Shown here: positions 1 to 13,800 of the stretch, in pieces
Position numbering within the stretch: the stretch's first letter is position 1
Layout: every line of letters starts with the position of its first letter
Assembly: GCF_006345805.1 (NCBI RefSeq)
Contig: NC_043008.1
Coordinates: forward strand, 74,152,001 to 74,216,000
DNA from: Octopus sinensis
Lineage: Eukaryota
DNA length: 64,000 bases
Direction of reading: 5' to 3'
Notes under the pieces: generated by a model
The model's database searches: none
Seen by the model: the letters and a program-made list of their open reading frames with translations, nothing else
Told to the model about the DNA's origin: nothing
Made by a program: the position numbers and the translations under genes

Positions 1-1010
1 GACTACCAAAGTTGAAAGAACTTCTGAAGTTTTAATGAATAAAGTCATGTGAAACGGTCGAACACACTTGTAAATAATATATAAAGGAAAAAGATCCTCA
101 ACGGAGATGTTTTGCGTAAAATTGCATACATCTGTCCTGATCAAGAGGCCCATCTGTCGGAGAAGACATGGTCTGACGGGTTATTGAGCTATTGTTGATA
201 ATAAAATCATTTTGAATTACTAAAGACTTGATCTTCGATTCCACATATGCAGCAACTAATGAAACTCGGAATAAAAAGATTATGGATGTGGGAAGACAAT
301 GATAGGCTTCGATAAATGCTTGAGCGAGTATTTGTTATTTCCACAACGAAATGGGGAATTACACCAGAGACTCGTCTTTTCAGATCAGATAACAACTGGA
401 TCATTGACGTTAGTAATAAACTAGAGCTGAAAGAAAACGTATTTATAACTGACGAGATTGTTGAAAAATATTTTATGTCGAATTACAAGATTTTGCGTGT
501 TTCACTTGAAAGAGATTGCAACAAAGATATTGACGAAGACTTTAAATTTTTCTTTGAAATGGATCACAGTACGTCGTGGTGTTTGATGCTCAACATTTTC
601 TGTTGCATCAAATAATATCGTCAAAATTATATCATGAAAAAAGCAGGTTTTAAGCGAAAGAGATGCAGCAGAGAAAATATGATAGTTTCGCAAATACTTT
701 CAAAATATCGGGGAGAGAAGAGTAATTCAATGTAAGCATGAAAGAGATAGAAGAAAAAGTATTTTTTTCCATATGAAGATCGACCACGCAATAATATATT
801 TTGGATTTTGACAACAGCAAAATAAAAAATGAAAAAATCTGACTGTTTACATATAAAGTATCATAATTAGATAAATCACTCGTATAATCTAAATAATACG
901 AATAATTTTCCGCAAACAAACTTTCAAGTAACTATTGTTTGAATACATATGTATGTGTGTGTGCATATATATTTATGTTCTAATGTATATACATCTATTT
1001 ACATACACAT

Positions 1011-1052
<42 letters not shown>

Positions 1053-1074
1053 ATATATATATATATATATATAT

Positions 1075-1114
<40 letters not shown>

Positions 1115-2497
1115 AGAAGCGCCTTTATCGAAAATGTTTCATTCTTCACTTCATACTTCATTTTCGTTTTATGAATTTTGTCACGATTTAGCAAAAGGTA
1201 AAAAAAGTAACATTTTATAGTTGTACAATCAAAATTAACTTCACAAAAGATGTTTAGAAAATACTGTTTTGTTTCAAAAGAGAATAGATCACTTAGACGT
1301 TTTATTTTTCTTTGAGGAAATTTATCAAATCGTATGAAAGTACTTTATTTATTTTTACATCTGTTGAGACAAGAACTTTCCAAATCATTTCCGGCAATAT
1401 CTATATCAAAATATGAAGTAGCTTGCCAAATTATTCTTCAGGGCAATACTAAAAGATGTGAACTTGTCATAACATTTTATTTAGATCACAAAATCTATTG
1501 TTATCAGCTCGTTTATAACAATAGACGTTCCTAGAGATTTTCTCTTTGTCTTACTGTAAACACACATACAGTATATTTGTTTATGACTCAAATAACAGTG
1601 CATGCTTTGGCTGCGGTGATGTATTTAATTATACCCTGGGTTCATATCATACCTTATCGATTTCACTTTTCATCTTACGGGCTCAATGGCATAACATCAA
1701 TAAGAATAAATATATTCAGGCAACGGTACTCCTTCTATAAAAAATCTGATGGTTAAACAACACCATGTGTCTGAGGCAGAATGTTTATGAATGTGCACAG
1801 AAATTCCAAGTTACGACCATACAATCTCCCATTGAGTTACAAAAGTTTGAAACCATAGGATGGTATCGTGATATCAAGAAATTACAGTATACAAAGTTGT
1901 TAGTCGTATCGGGTACTGCGAGATGTAGAACGAATATTTGTATATTAATTTTTGTAAGCCATGTAGGCATGTTAAGATGTATGGTTTGCGAGATTTAGTA
2001 GCGCACGTCATGCAGCGACTAGCATATTTTTCGTCTGAACTCGCCTGGTACTTTATAACTTATACTGTTTATGTTAGCACGAATCATTTTGCTAAAATCA
2101 CTAAATAAACACAGGTTTCTGGGAAATATAATTATACATAAATTCTACGTGTAAAATAAAATATATATTCAATATATTACGTTAAAATTATTGCTTACAC
2201 AATTCCGTTATAGAGAACATTTTTCCCTGTACTTGGACAATCCACTTGCGTGACTGAGAGGTTACAATTTAGGCTTCTCGCAGTCGACTTTATTACTATG
2301 GGTCGTCGACGAAAGAAACAGCTGTGACAGACAGTACTTTAAAATACAGACAGGTCAAACGTGACTCACACGTGTGCTTCAACAGTTACAGTAGTCTAAA
2401 ACAATACTGTTTGTATTTATTTAAATGTCATTTATGTAAATATATTTTTGTCAATATATATGTATCTATGCTAAGCTACTGCAGAAATTTATATATA

Positions 2498-2893
2498 TCG
2501 TTATATATAAAAGTGAGGTTGTGTGCTGTCTGTCTCCTACGATTTAGATTCCTAACTACTCCCATATTTTGCGGTGCAGTTTAACCAAAACCAGGTATCT
2601 TATAGTCGTGATTCATATCGAGCCCTTCTGGGTATTAGCGCGCGTCTACGATGAGTCTACGATTTAAAAAAAAATTACCATCAATTTTTCCCATTTTTAA
2701 TGCATTTTTGGCATATATAAGGGAAGTAACTCTCTAAAAATTTATTATTAAATCTCAGAACGTAAAAAGCTACAGTAACCCCCCCCCCCTTGTGGTTAAC
2801 CATATTGAGATGGCTATTATACTTTACATCTCTAAAAATGCTTATATAGTTATTTCCCTTACAAACCCGAGCAACGCCGGGCGATACTGCTAG
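2498..2893 (+). mobile_element. Non-autonomous Helitron (about 400 bp)
   Basis: Starts A|TC (2498) followed by GTTATATATAAAAGTGAGG. Ends with a subterminal hairpin CCCGAGCAACGCCGGG (2866-2881), then CTAG|T (2890-2893). This matches the canonical Helitron TC...hairpin...CTRR termini inserted between A and T with no TSD. Confidence 0.75.
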
Positions 2894-3732
2894 TTGAACA
2901 TATAATTCTTTTTACAGCAGATTCAAAGCAGCTTTTGTGCTTTACCTTCTATTTCTAAGTTGCTCATGGTTTACAAATTTAATCATTCTTCTTTTCACCT
3001 GTCAAATATACCAGCTACTCACCTCAGTTAGTTATCCCACAGGAGAGCTCTTACGATTACATTAGCTAAAACTGAAATCTCAACATGTCTTACATTGTCT
3101 CTCCAGAGTCACTAGAGCAGAGGAGAGGAAGATGAATCGAAGTGAAGACAAAGAGAAGTTTCTGTGGATCAATTATTTTGATGATTTAAACTTAACCTGT
3201 CAGCTGAACTAATATTTGATCAAACGCACGTATGATTAAAACATTCTAATCTTGACATCATTAGGTACTCCATAAGTATGCACGTGAATTAAGATGATGG
3301 GATATGATTTCAAAGAGAAATGGCTGCATTAACTACCCGGTCCAAAATTCTTCCCGTAGGCTTCAACATTAGGTGATCTGTGGTCCTAGGTTGGCACTGA
3401 CAGAGTAGACCTATAGATAAAAGATAGACTCATAGATCAAAGACATTCCATTTCTGTTCAACCCGTCTTTTTCCTATGTGCAGAGGACCCAGGACTACAT
3501 TATTCATTCTCTGAGTTTCTAAAACGTTGGAGCATGATTTGAGAGTGATGACTATTATGTTTAGCAAGTAGAAACACTACATAAAAGATAGCTCGAATAA
3601 GCTGTTTGTGTGTGTGTCCGTGTGCGTGTGTGTGGGCATGCGCAAGCGCGTCCTATTTCAGTATTGAAGCGCATCAATTACTGATCACATATTAATCATT
3701 TCTCAAAGAGAAGCCTAGTATTTATTTCATAT

Positions 3733-4130
3733 AGGCGTAGAAGTGGCTGTGTGGTAAGTAGCTTGCTTACCAACCACATGGTTTTGGGTTCAGTTCCACT
3801 GCGTGGCAGCTTGGGCATGTGTCTTCTACTATAGCCTCGGGCCGACCAAAGCCTTGTGAGTGGATTTGGTGGACGGAAACTGAAAGAAGCCCGTCGTATA
3901 TATATATGTATGTATGTGTGTGTTTGAGTGGCTGTGATTGTCCTCCCAACATCACTTGACAACCGATGCTGGTGTGTTTACGTCCCTAACTTAGGGGTTC
4001 GGCAAAAGAGACCGATAGAATAAGCACTAGGCTTACAAAGAATAAGTCCTGGGCTCGATTTGCTCGACTAAAAGCGGTGCTCCAGCATAACCACAGTCAA
4101 ATGACTGAAACAAGTAGAAGAGTAAAAGAG
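3733..4130 (+). mobile_element. tRNA-derived SINE family B (tRNA head, CORE-like segment, microsatellite spacer, 3' module)
   Basis: A-box-like TGGCTGTGTGG and B-box-like GGTTCAGTTCC, then a CORE-like CTTGGGCATGTGTCTT segment. Near-identical copies at 40507 and 60399 (plus strand) and 53170-53975 (minus strand). Confidence 0.85.
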
Positions 4131-4136
4131 TATATA

Positions 4137-4168
<32 letters not shown>

Positions 4169-4999
4169 GTGTTGTAGTGTTCAAATAGGATCAACAAAAT
4201 TTAACCTGGTTTCTATAGCGACTATGAAGATTTTCGTTTTGTGCTCTTCCATACGTCGTGTGAGGTAGAATGTGATTCGTTATGTGCAGAGGATTGGGTT
4301 TTCATTCAGTTGCAAGAGACAAAATTGTCAATTTGCCATACAAAAACTTCACAAAATTCTTTCTAATTCCTTGACGTCAAATCCTCCCGTGTTTATTTCA
4401 CATATTCTCCTTCGCTAAAAAAAAAAAAATGCCTGTCATATACTGATCTCGATTCAATTCATTTGACCACTCTTCGACGATTTTTGGTCTTGTTCCAGCA
4501 AAAAAAAACTTATTATCATGAAAGTAAATTTACCTAGTTGTTTAAATTTGCCTATAACTTTTAATTTAACGATCGTAAAATTTATATCTTTAAAAAAATA
4601 ACAATAAAAATAAAGTTTTAAAAATTCAACGTTGGAGCATATTCCAATAAATCAACAAAGTAAGTTTTTATTAAAAATATTTTAGAGTACTAGAAGGTAA
4701 TGCCAAATAGGTTAGATATTAGAAACGAACTCATTCAAACACACATTAATACATACACATATACCCATCTAGAATTCAATAAATTTTTTCCATATATATT
4801 TTTAAATAAATGTCTTTATTTTTAGTTTTCCTTCATCTTCTTCCGCCAATATTTTATAATTTTAACTTATATAATTGTTATGAACGTTAAACTAAAGATT
4901 GCTGTAATATTTAACGGAATATATTTACATTTCAGCCGATATTTGATTTTCTTTCTTTTCATTTCGGTGCACCTTAATACATTATCATTCATTCGGGAG

Positions 5000-6080
5000 G
5001 GGTCAGTCGCTGTTTTGAATGTTTCGATTTCGAAAATCTCCCACAGGAGGACCAGACTATAAAGGAAACCCTGGCTTGTGTAAACATAGCACTACCTAGG
5101 GTAGCAAACTCTAGTGTTCGCTCACCTTTCCTGAAGTAACTTATGCTGCCTAACTTTGTGTATTTTCGACATCTGGCTATCGTGATATCCAAACATTGTA
5201 AATTCTGCAGAGATAATGGTGAACCCTCAGCACCTTTTCTAAATGAGGTAACATCTCAGTCACAAACCATCGTTTCGGCATGTTCCCATCAACTGAGTAC
5301 ACATTGAACTCTTCCTCTCGTAATTTCCTTCAATACGAGCAAAGGAGAGCTGTGATTAGGATAACTAACTTGGAAGCCTCCGAGATTTGCATGATGTTTT
5401 GCCTTAGCGATGCTGCTGCAACATTTTCTGAGAATTTGGGTTCAAGAAGACAGCTTTTAGCTCTTAGATTTGTACCAAAGCAAGCAGGTGAGATGAAGTG
5501 GTTTTAGAAGCTGATGTTAGCTTCTCTACAGCCTTAAGTAAAGCGATGTTAACTTCGCTTGGGGCTTACAGTGATTAATCCTACGGTATGGCGCTTGTAG
5601 TAATTCCTCCCATCCAATAATTTAGATACCTACTTTCGACAGTGACCGTGTGTCCTGCTCCTCTGACAACGAGAGCAACTTGGTGACTCCAACGTTCCTC
5701 AGAACAAATTAGACAGGTTTGCCATTACATCGATTTTGACATGTTTAATAATATTTTCCGAAAGGGGATCGTTTTTCAAGAGCTCAGGCTAGGCAATATT
5801 GCAAATCATTGCTTGCTGTAATCTTGTCCAGACTTCCTGCTGTAACAATACGCACATCTTGCCGACTCTTCCTCGACTGATACTTTCACCTCAGTAAATT
5901 TGTGTTCTTCTCCTGGGCCCTTGTTCCAGTGAGGTCTGCTGCTACCCAGGTCATTTTCTTGACGAGAAGATGCACAAGCAATCCTTCTTGGTTCAGTGCG
6001 GTCCGGAAACATTCAAAGCATCTGCTTTCCTCCACTTCATTTCTGTCCTGGCCACCATAACTGACTCAATGGTATTTTAG
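5000..6080 (-). mobile_element. Decayed LINE (Tx1/L1-like): ORF1 zinc-knuckle and APE endonuclease relic
   Basis: Minus-strand frames give CAYCY and CLICSEERWSH (knuckle-like), then EASKLVILITA...EEFNVYSV...PPVGDFRN, resembling an AP-endonuclease. Many stops and frameshifts. Confidence 0.4.
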
Positions 6081-8621
6081 TAATTTACACATTTATTTAC
6101 ACACATACACGCACAAACACACATACATCAGTTGAATAAATTTTGGTCATGACTGTATGATTAAACGTTTCGAATTGGAGAAGGAACATCACTAATATAG
6201 TATGAAGCAGATTTCCTGTCTAGATGACTAGCACTTACTTTGATCATCCCTCAAAAGAACATAAGGCAAAACCTTTCCTTGCGGAGAAATGATCTCAATG
6301 CGGAAGCAGACGTAACTAAGTATACCAAAGCATTTTGTCCCGCATTACGCCACCGAACTTCGCAATCTATTCATAAAGAGATCCTTTGTTTCCTTTATTC
6401 CCTCTCTATTTATTATGTCATGGGTGGATAAGCATTCATGGTCAACATATTTATAGCAGGAATCAGTCAAAAACTAACACCGTATGCGTGTGCGTGTGTT
6501 CATATACGTGTACCTGTGTGTGTATGTGTATATCTATCTAGCTATCTATCTATTTACCAACCTATCTATCTCTCTATTATATATACACATATAGCTACAT
6601 ACATTCACACATACATACATATATATCTTTAAATAAATGCGTTATTAGCCAATGACAAATATTGTTATCTTTATATTGTAAATTTTTTTAATAGTATAAG
6701 AAGGTTCTGTTTGGAAGATGCACACTCGTTATTTTGCTAATTTTATGGAACATGAGATACAACTTGATTGAAACCTTATGTTAGTAGCTAATACCCTATA
6801 TATGTCCCCATCCACCAATCCAGGTTGTTAAACAAAACTGTTAAATTAGATTCTCCATAAACATAACCATACTTCAGTAGAATCCCTGAAGCTGAAAACG
6901 ATCATATTAATAGATCGTAGCGTTCATTGGATGAAAAATTTAAGTGATAAGTTTAGTTCTTGTTAGCTTCGAATTTGTCTTAATCCACATGAACACGTCT
7001 ATTGAAATTCAAGCTAAAACAATCTCCATGTTTGACAAGCCATTATTTAGCACCGAGATTTAGAAATATGTTAAAATAATCTGAAGATATTCGCTCGAAT
7101 TAAAAAGGAGAAAGTTGTAATGAATAAAAATATTGTAGTGACAATATGGAGACGCATTCTATAACAAGTCGATATAAATATGCTGTTGTTTTTGTTATCG
7201 TTGTTGTTTGAATTATAATTATTACTAACACCGTTGCAACTGCAAGGAAATCGCATCCTGAATATCAATGATCATAAATCTGAAAACGGAATAAGGTTTT
7301 TATTGAAGGTACAATCATTCGGAATAAAGGAATAATTGCTATTTCTGGCTCGATTCTACAACTCATGACAGCAAATCTTTCGTTGAATGAGGTTTTCATG
7401 TGTAATCACCAATTTATATTAGCCCATAACATTGTAGATTTATTGAACAATTTCTGAGATGTTGCGGCAGAATCACAACTTGATTCATTGTTCAAATTTA
7501 ACCATGATGGATTGGCTTTTATTGGATAATAAAACGATTTGTTTACTCCTTTACAACCTTTTATATGGGTAGAGATTTGAGGCAGGATTACTAATACTAT
7601 GCAACGAAATATTCATTATCAACATAAAAATTTTCCCTTTGTCCTTTCCTTTGATAACATCATCATCATCATCATCACCATCATCATTGTTGATGTTGTT
7701 GGTGTTGTTATTGTTGTTATTGTTATTAGTACTTGTGTTGTTGACGTCACTATTGTTGTTACTGTTTTGTTATCGTTATTAGCTGTAATAATCAGATATT
7801 TGAGGACTACCCCAAGTCTTCTTTCTTAAGCTCAAAATTATGTAATTAATAGGAAAATATGCCCATGTCTTTTCAAGGTTAACAATGATAATGAAGGTCA
7901 AATAAATCTTTGCGTCAGCAAATACCATGTAAGACTCTGGTGTCAATCTCTACAAATCTTGACAGTTTAACTTCCTGAGAAATGTCTTTATTTATCCATA
8001 TATGTGGTCAATATCTTTACACAGGTTCCATTTATTTTTCAGTTACAAATAGAATGACACACATTCCTTCATTGCCATAGTTTTTAACGGATTTGTTAGA
8101 CCATCAGATCAGACAAAATACCTAGCAGTATTTAGCATTGCTCTTTACTTTCTAAATTCAAATTCTTTCGAGATTAACTTTGATATTCAACCTTGTGGGG
8201 TCGATAATATTATGATCCAGCCAACGGCTGGTGTTGAATTCATCGACATACTTCTCCTGCAATATATCTGACCTTGTGACAAGGTAAGAAATCTTTTTTT
8301 TCTTGTTTTTCGTTTGTCTTTGCTGTGTGATTCCCAGATTTCGATAGTTTAATTAAAATCATATGACGTTACCATGTGAATCTAAAGACCTTTGTAGTTA
8401 ATATGTTAAAACTATAGACATTGGTGCCTTTTTATCCATTTCACTTCATCAGTTATTTTATTAGTCCTATGATGATATCTCATACATTATTATTTCTTTA
8501 TATTACAAAAATGTTGTCATATTTATTGTGTGCTATTTCGTGTTCTTTCTCTGCATATAATAGTTTCACAGATAGGTGGGGGTGGCCCTATGAGTACCAG
8601 AAATATTTTTCCTGAAACTAT

Positions 8622-8659
<38 letters not shown>

Positions 8660-8899
8660 AGCTGCTTTGCTTTCTTATTTTCTCCAAGTATGTATCGTCA
8701 GCGGCGTGACGGCATGTCATATCTGATACAATGAGGTCTCTCAACTCAACTTATACCACACACAAGCGACATTTATCATCTATACTCTTCTTTATCAAAG
8801 ATTTGCAATGAAGATGAATCTCAGTATACTGCACTAGGAATCTCTCACTCATATTAGCTTAAGTAGCTCCTCCTGTATATTTACTAATACCATCATTTT

Positions 8900-9330
8900 C
8901 ATTGAATGGTCTTCGTCCTCAGTGAAAACGCGTAAATTTCCAAAATATATAGTGTGCTTTTGGAGATAGCTATACTGAAGTGGTTGTATATCCCTTTGTC
9001 TAGCGATGATAATTGTCTTCTATATTACGAATGTTATTGCTTTTATTGCCTCATTGAAACTGAATTTGCTCATTCAGACCAGAGATAGATACATTTATTT
9101 ATTTACAAATGGAGTATACTCTTCACGGACGTATGGCCATTTAAAAGCATAACTTTATGGTTATTAACTCTGACCCATTTAAGTGCCAATATGTCTGTTG
9201 CTGCTGCTGATCTAGGTTTAAGTATTAACTGTTCAGAGACTAAACCAAATTTCTGTAAGAATTTTGTACAACAGCATAATTTTGTTCATATTTTTGTCAT
9301 TTGTAATTAAACATTTTCTGGAGGAGAACA
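8900..9330 (-). mobile_element. Possible very old APE-endonuclease relic of a LINE (RTE-like)
   Basis: Minus-strand translation includes TDILALKWVRV, weakly resembling the DILxLQExR motif. Heavily degraded. Confidence 0.25.
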
Positions 9331-9419
9331 TTAAATTATATTTGGAGATGAGGATCGAGCTCAAGAAATTAGGAACTTTGAGATGTATCGTATTATCACT
9401 TGGCTGCCACTACTCTTAA

Positions 9420-10271
9420 GCTCGTTCTGGCTCTTCTGAATGAAATAGCGGAGCATAGGCCTGTGGCTGTATACGGAGCGTGAGCCTGAGCCTTTGTACA
9501 AGTATCGTAAGACAGCCCTTTTGTTACCTGATCGTGTCGCTACAATTTGTTGTTGTTTTGGGCAAGTGTAGGGCTTTCGTTTGTGATATGGGCAATGGTT
9601 TGATCCACTCTTTTATAGATGCCGTATAGCGGACACACATGCTCATTCCTAAGGTTCACCCTTCAGTTTGTGGCCAAAGCTTGGGCTTGCGCTGCCAGTA
9701 TAGTGCTCACGATCTCTTTTTAAAGGGTTCCTTTCATTAACCAATCCCAACTATTTTTCCTGCAACTTCTGTTGTGGATACATGTAATTGATTGTGGAAT
9801 CCCTTCTTGCGTTATTTTTTCATGTCCTTTTTGTATATCTTCCTTTGTTTCCCTTTTTCTCTGCTTTCAATATTCCCTCGGTCCTAAGTGTCACTAGCAT
9901 GGTTTCCTTACTTTGAGCTACGTATCTCATTAATCTCTCGAGTTCGATACACACGCAGTCCCCTTCCTCCATTTGCTCTCTTCGTGTATAGGCGATCAGT
10001 GTCCGCACATGGATGACGGGTTCCATGTAACATAAGGAGATTTGTTGATTTCCTGTCCTTCTTCTTTAGCTTCTCCTCTGTCCACTTCAGGATTCTAGCA
10101 CCATACCGACTGCGCGCGTGTTTATTTCCCAAATTATGTTTCTGGCATTCAGCTTTGAAGCCAATATTTTTCTCACTCACAGCAGGTTCTCTTTTTTTGT
10201 CATTTCTTTCAAGACGTTGTGCTTGATTCCATCTGCCTCAAGTATTCCAAGGTATTTATAGCTGGAGTGAG

Positions 10272-10272
<1 letters not shown>
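9420..10272 (-). mobile_element. 5'-truncated R4/Dong-clade fragment (RT thumb to CCHC finger), diverged subfamily
   Basis: Translates YKYLGILEADG...HPCADTDRLYTKRANGGRG...SWDWLMKGTL*KEIVSTILAAQAQALATN...TIAHITNESPTLAQ...RHDQV. Its 5' end abuts (TTA)n at 10273. Confidence 0.85.

Positions 10273-10331
<59 letters not shown>
10273..10331. repeat. (TTA)n microsatellite
   Basis: Perfect trinucleotide run between two R4/Dong fragments. Confidence 0.97.
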
Positions 10332-10332
<1 letters not shown>

Positions 10333-10857
10333 GATTGACTTTTGCTTCATATTTGTACAAGTTGGCTCCAAGTCTCACCCGGAGACCTCAAGAGACAACA
10401 GGTTGGAAGTTCACGTTATTGTTATGCCTAGTGTGCCATATATTTGGTTGTTTTTTGTGTTGTACTGGTGGATGTCTAAGAAAAAAAAATGTTTGTTTTA
10501 AACCTTGAGATTACATAGAAAGTATTTTGCGTAGGATATGAGCAGTTCCCATGAGCACTATCTTTTGAATTTCTGCCATTTTTGGGTTTCCTGGTATCTG
10601 AGTTAGGTAGCTATAAGCCCCTTTTGCTACCATTCCCAGGGCATCTATGACAACAGGTATTGTTTTAGTCTTCAGGTTCCACATTTTGCTGATTTCTATT
10701 TCAGGATCTTTAGCTGTGAATCTAACAGCTTTTAATAAACTTTCTTTAATATTACCTACGTAAAGACAAATCATGTTCATGATAACACTTCCACTTAGTT
10801 AAGATGAGAAGGCCTGAGAGCCACTGCCCGGTACTCCATCAAGGAATTCGTTCTCAA
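10332..10857 (-). mobile_element. R4/Dong-clade 3' end (C-terminus of restriction-like endonuclease plus 3' UTR)
   Basis: KDPEIEISKMWNLKTKTIPVVIDALGM...IQKIVLMGTAHILRKILSM* (10511-10712), followed by a 3' UTR running into TAA repeats. The part above about 10712 is not R4-coding and its assignment is less certain. Confidence 0.8.
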
Positions 10858-10859
10858 CA

Positions 10860-13800
10860 TTATTATTATTATTCAGTAGTTTTATTTTTATAGCGTGCTT
10901 TCACTTCACTACCGAGCGCAGCTGTGTGTGCCTTGGGTATATGCTGTGATTTGTTGTGATGGTCTGATGGTTATTGTATGGAAAGTGTTCTGCGTAGGGT
11001 GTGTGCAGTGCCTAGTAGTGCAATTTTCTGTATGTTATATGTGTTTGTAAGTCCTGGTGTTTTTGTTATGTATTTGTCTGAATATTTTTTATCATGCCTA
11101 ATGCACCTACTATGATAGGGATTGTTTGATTTTAGATTCCACATTCTGATTACCTCCATTTCCAGGTCTTTGTATTTTGAAAGTTTCACCATTTCTTTTA
11201 GAGACACGTTGTCATCTGCCGGTATTGATACATAAATTAATTAGAAAGCATTTTTTTTCTTCATGATCTCGGACAACTATATCTGGTCTATTGGCCTTAA
11301 TTTCTCTATCTGTGTGTATCGGCATATCCCAGAGTATGGTTGCTTTCTCGTTTACTGTGACCTTTTCTGGTGTGTGCTTATACCATCTTTTTCCTGTTGT
11401 TATTCCATAACTTTGGCATAGCTTCCAGTGTATGTAGGTTCCAACTCTGTCATGTCTGTGAATATATTCCTTCTTAGCCAGGACTGGGCAGCCAGAGATA
11501 ATATGATTTATTGTTTCTTGTCCAACTCCACATATTCTGCAGTTACTTGTTATATTTCTTTTCGTTACATGTTTTTGGTAATTTCTGGTGGGGAGGCTTT
11601 GGTCTTGTGCTGCAATTAAAAATCCCTCTGTCTCTGCTTTGAGTCCTGAGCTTCTCAACCATTGCTGGGATTTTCTTTGTCTATTTCTTTTGCATTTAGT
11701 TTAGTCCAGTATTTACCATGAAGGGGCTTTTCTTGCCATCGTTTTATCATGGTTCGTTGCTGTTCTATTTTTAGTTTGGATTTCATTTGTTTTATAGCTT
11801 TTGTTGTTTCTTCATCTTCTTCTTCTTCTTCTTCTTCTTCATATTTGTTAGGTGGTATGATTTCTTGTTTGTATTTGTCAGCTTCCTTAAATACTGAGAA
11901 CAGTGTTTTTGTTTCGCTCGTGTTTTGCCGCTATTTGTATCAGTTTTCCTTCCTTCTGAAGTAGATATTTTTGCAGTCCTATGGTGGTTATTTTATAGTA
12001 GTTTTCGAGCTATATATGGCATCTACCACCTTCTATACGTTGTATATATATATGTATATATATATGTCATATATATGTATATATATATATATGTCATATA
12101 TATATGTATATATATATGTCATATATGTTGTATATATATATGTCAGATTTTGGGTGATGCATCCTAGATCCTGTCATTATTTTTCTTGTTTTCCTATCTA
12201 TTTTGGTCAGTTGATTTAGTGTCCAGTTAAGGATATTGTAGCTGTAACTTATAACTGGGACAGCTAAAGTGTTGATACCTATTATCTTGTTTTTAGCATT
12301 GAGCTCTGTTTTTAGTATTGATCTAACTCGTCTATAATATTCTTTTTTTATTTTCTCTTTCATTTGTGTATTTTGTGTCTTATCTAGTTCATGGATTCCT
12401 AAGTATTTGTAAGTTTGGCTTTTGTCCCATTCTTTTATTTCACTGGTTTTATCTAGTGTGATGTTGCTACTCTTAACTAGTTTTCTTCTTTTCATGGTTA
12501 CTTTGGCACATTTTTCTAATCCAAATTTCATATCTATTTCTTTGGTAAATCCATGAACTGTCTTTAATAGTGTTTGTCATTTGCAGCGTATAGTTTTAGG
12601 TCATCCATATATAAAAGGTGGCTGATCGTTTTGCCGTAACATTTATATCCGCATCCAGTTCTATTTAACATATCAGATATAGGTGACAGTGCCAAGCAGA
12701 AAAGGAGTGGAGAGAGCGTGTCTCCCTGGAATATTCCTCTTCTAATGGGGATGGCTTTGGTTTTCATGAGTCCCTCTTTTGTTTGGAGCTGTAGCACTCT
12801 TTGCCATTTATTCATAGAGTGCCCAATGAATTTTATAATTGTTGGTGCTACTTTGTTAATGGCTAGTGTTTCGAGGATCCATGTGTGGGGGATGCTATCA
12901 AACGCCTTTTTGTAGTCGATCCAGACCTTTCTTCTTTCTGTGGCTGTCTTCAGTTATGGCTTTATTGATCATTAGTTGATCTTTACAGCCGTATGAGCCT
13001 TTGCGGAATCCTTTCTGCTCTTCTGGAAACAGGTTGTTTTCGTCCTGGTGCTTGTTCAACCTTTGCGATATCACTGCAGTAAATGCCTTGTACATCGTAG
13101 GGTGACAGGCTATTGGTCTGTAGTTTTCTGGTTTTGCTGTCTCATTTGATTTGGGAATTAATATGGTTTTCCCCTTCGTAAGCCTTTCAGGCATTGTCTC
13201 TGGCTCTGCTAGTATGTTGTTAAAATTTTCAGCCAGCTTTTTGTGCATTCCTGTTAGATATTTCAACCAGAAGTTGGGGATCTTGTCATGCCCAGGTGCC
13301 TTCCAGTTGCTTAGTCTTTGCAGTGCCTGGGTGACCTCTTCAGTTGTTATGGGGGTCCAAAGTTGCTCAGATGCTGAGTTTGTTATTTTAAAATTCTTCT
13401 TTTTTGGTTGTTCGTTCGCCGACCATATTTCTTTCCAGAATTCTTCCACTTCTTCTGCCGTTGGTGCTGCAGTGATGTCTATTTTATTTTTGCCAAGTTC
13501 TTCGTAGAACTTTTTGGGGTTGGAGTTGAACTTTTTGTTTTGTTCAAAGAAGCGCTGGCGTTTCTCGTACCGGCGGATCCTTTGTGCTTTGGCAAGGATA
13601 TCTTGCTTTAGCTTTTCTTTTATTTCAGGTAAATCTTTTTGTGTGATGTTGTATTTGCGGAGTATTCTTGTTTTCTTTTTGTTGCTCAGTAGCGTTGATT
13701 GTCTACTGATTTCATTAAGAATCGACGGATCTTTTCTTATTTTTTGTATTTTGTTTTGGGTGTTATTTATCCACAGGGTTTGTTTGGGTGGTGGTACTCT

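Noticed and set aside
447-475. CTGACGA...GAAA hammerhead-like spacing
   Set aside because: Stem II cannot form with an adequate loop, and the site lies in a coding-like stretch.
3107-3212. Acceptor plus short ORF (VTRAEERKMNRSEDKEKFLWINYF...); similar candidates at 20640, 28692-28762 and 30472
   Set aside because: Splice-like signals with 20-40 open codons arise often by chance in AT-rich DNA; no homology or consistent gene model.
3733-3830. tRNA gene at SINE heads (also 40507, 60399, 27293)
   Set aside because: Only A/B-box-like motifs; no complete cloverleaf, and they run into SINE body sequence.
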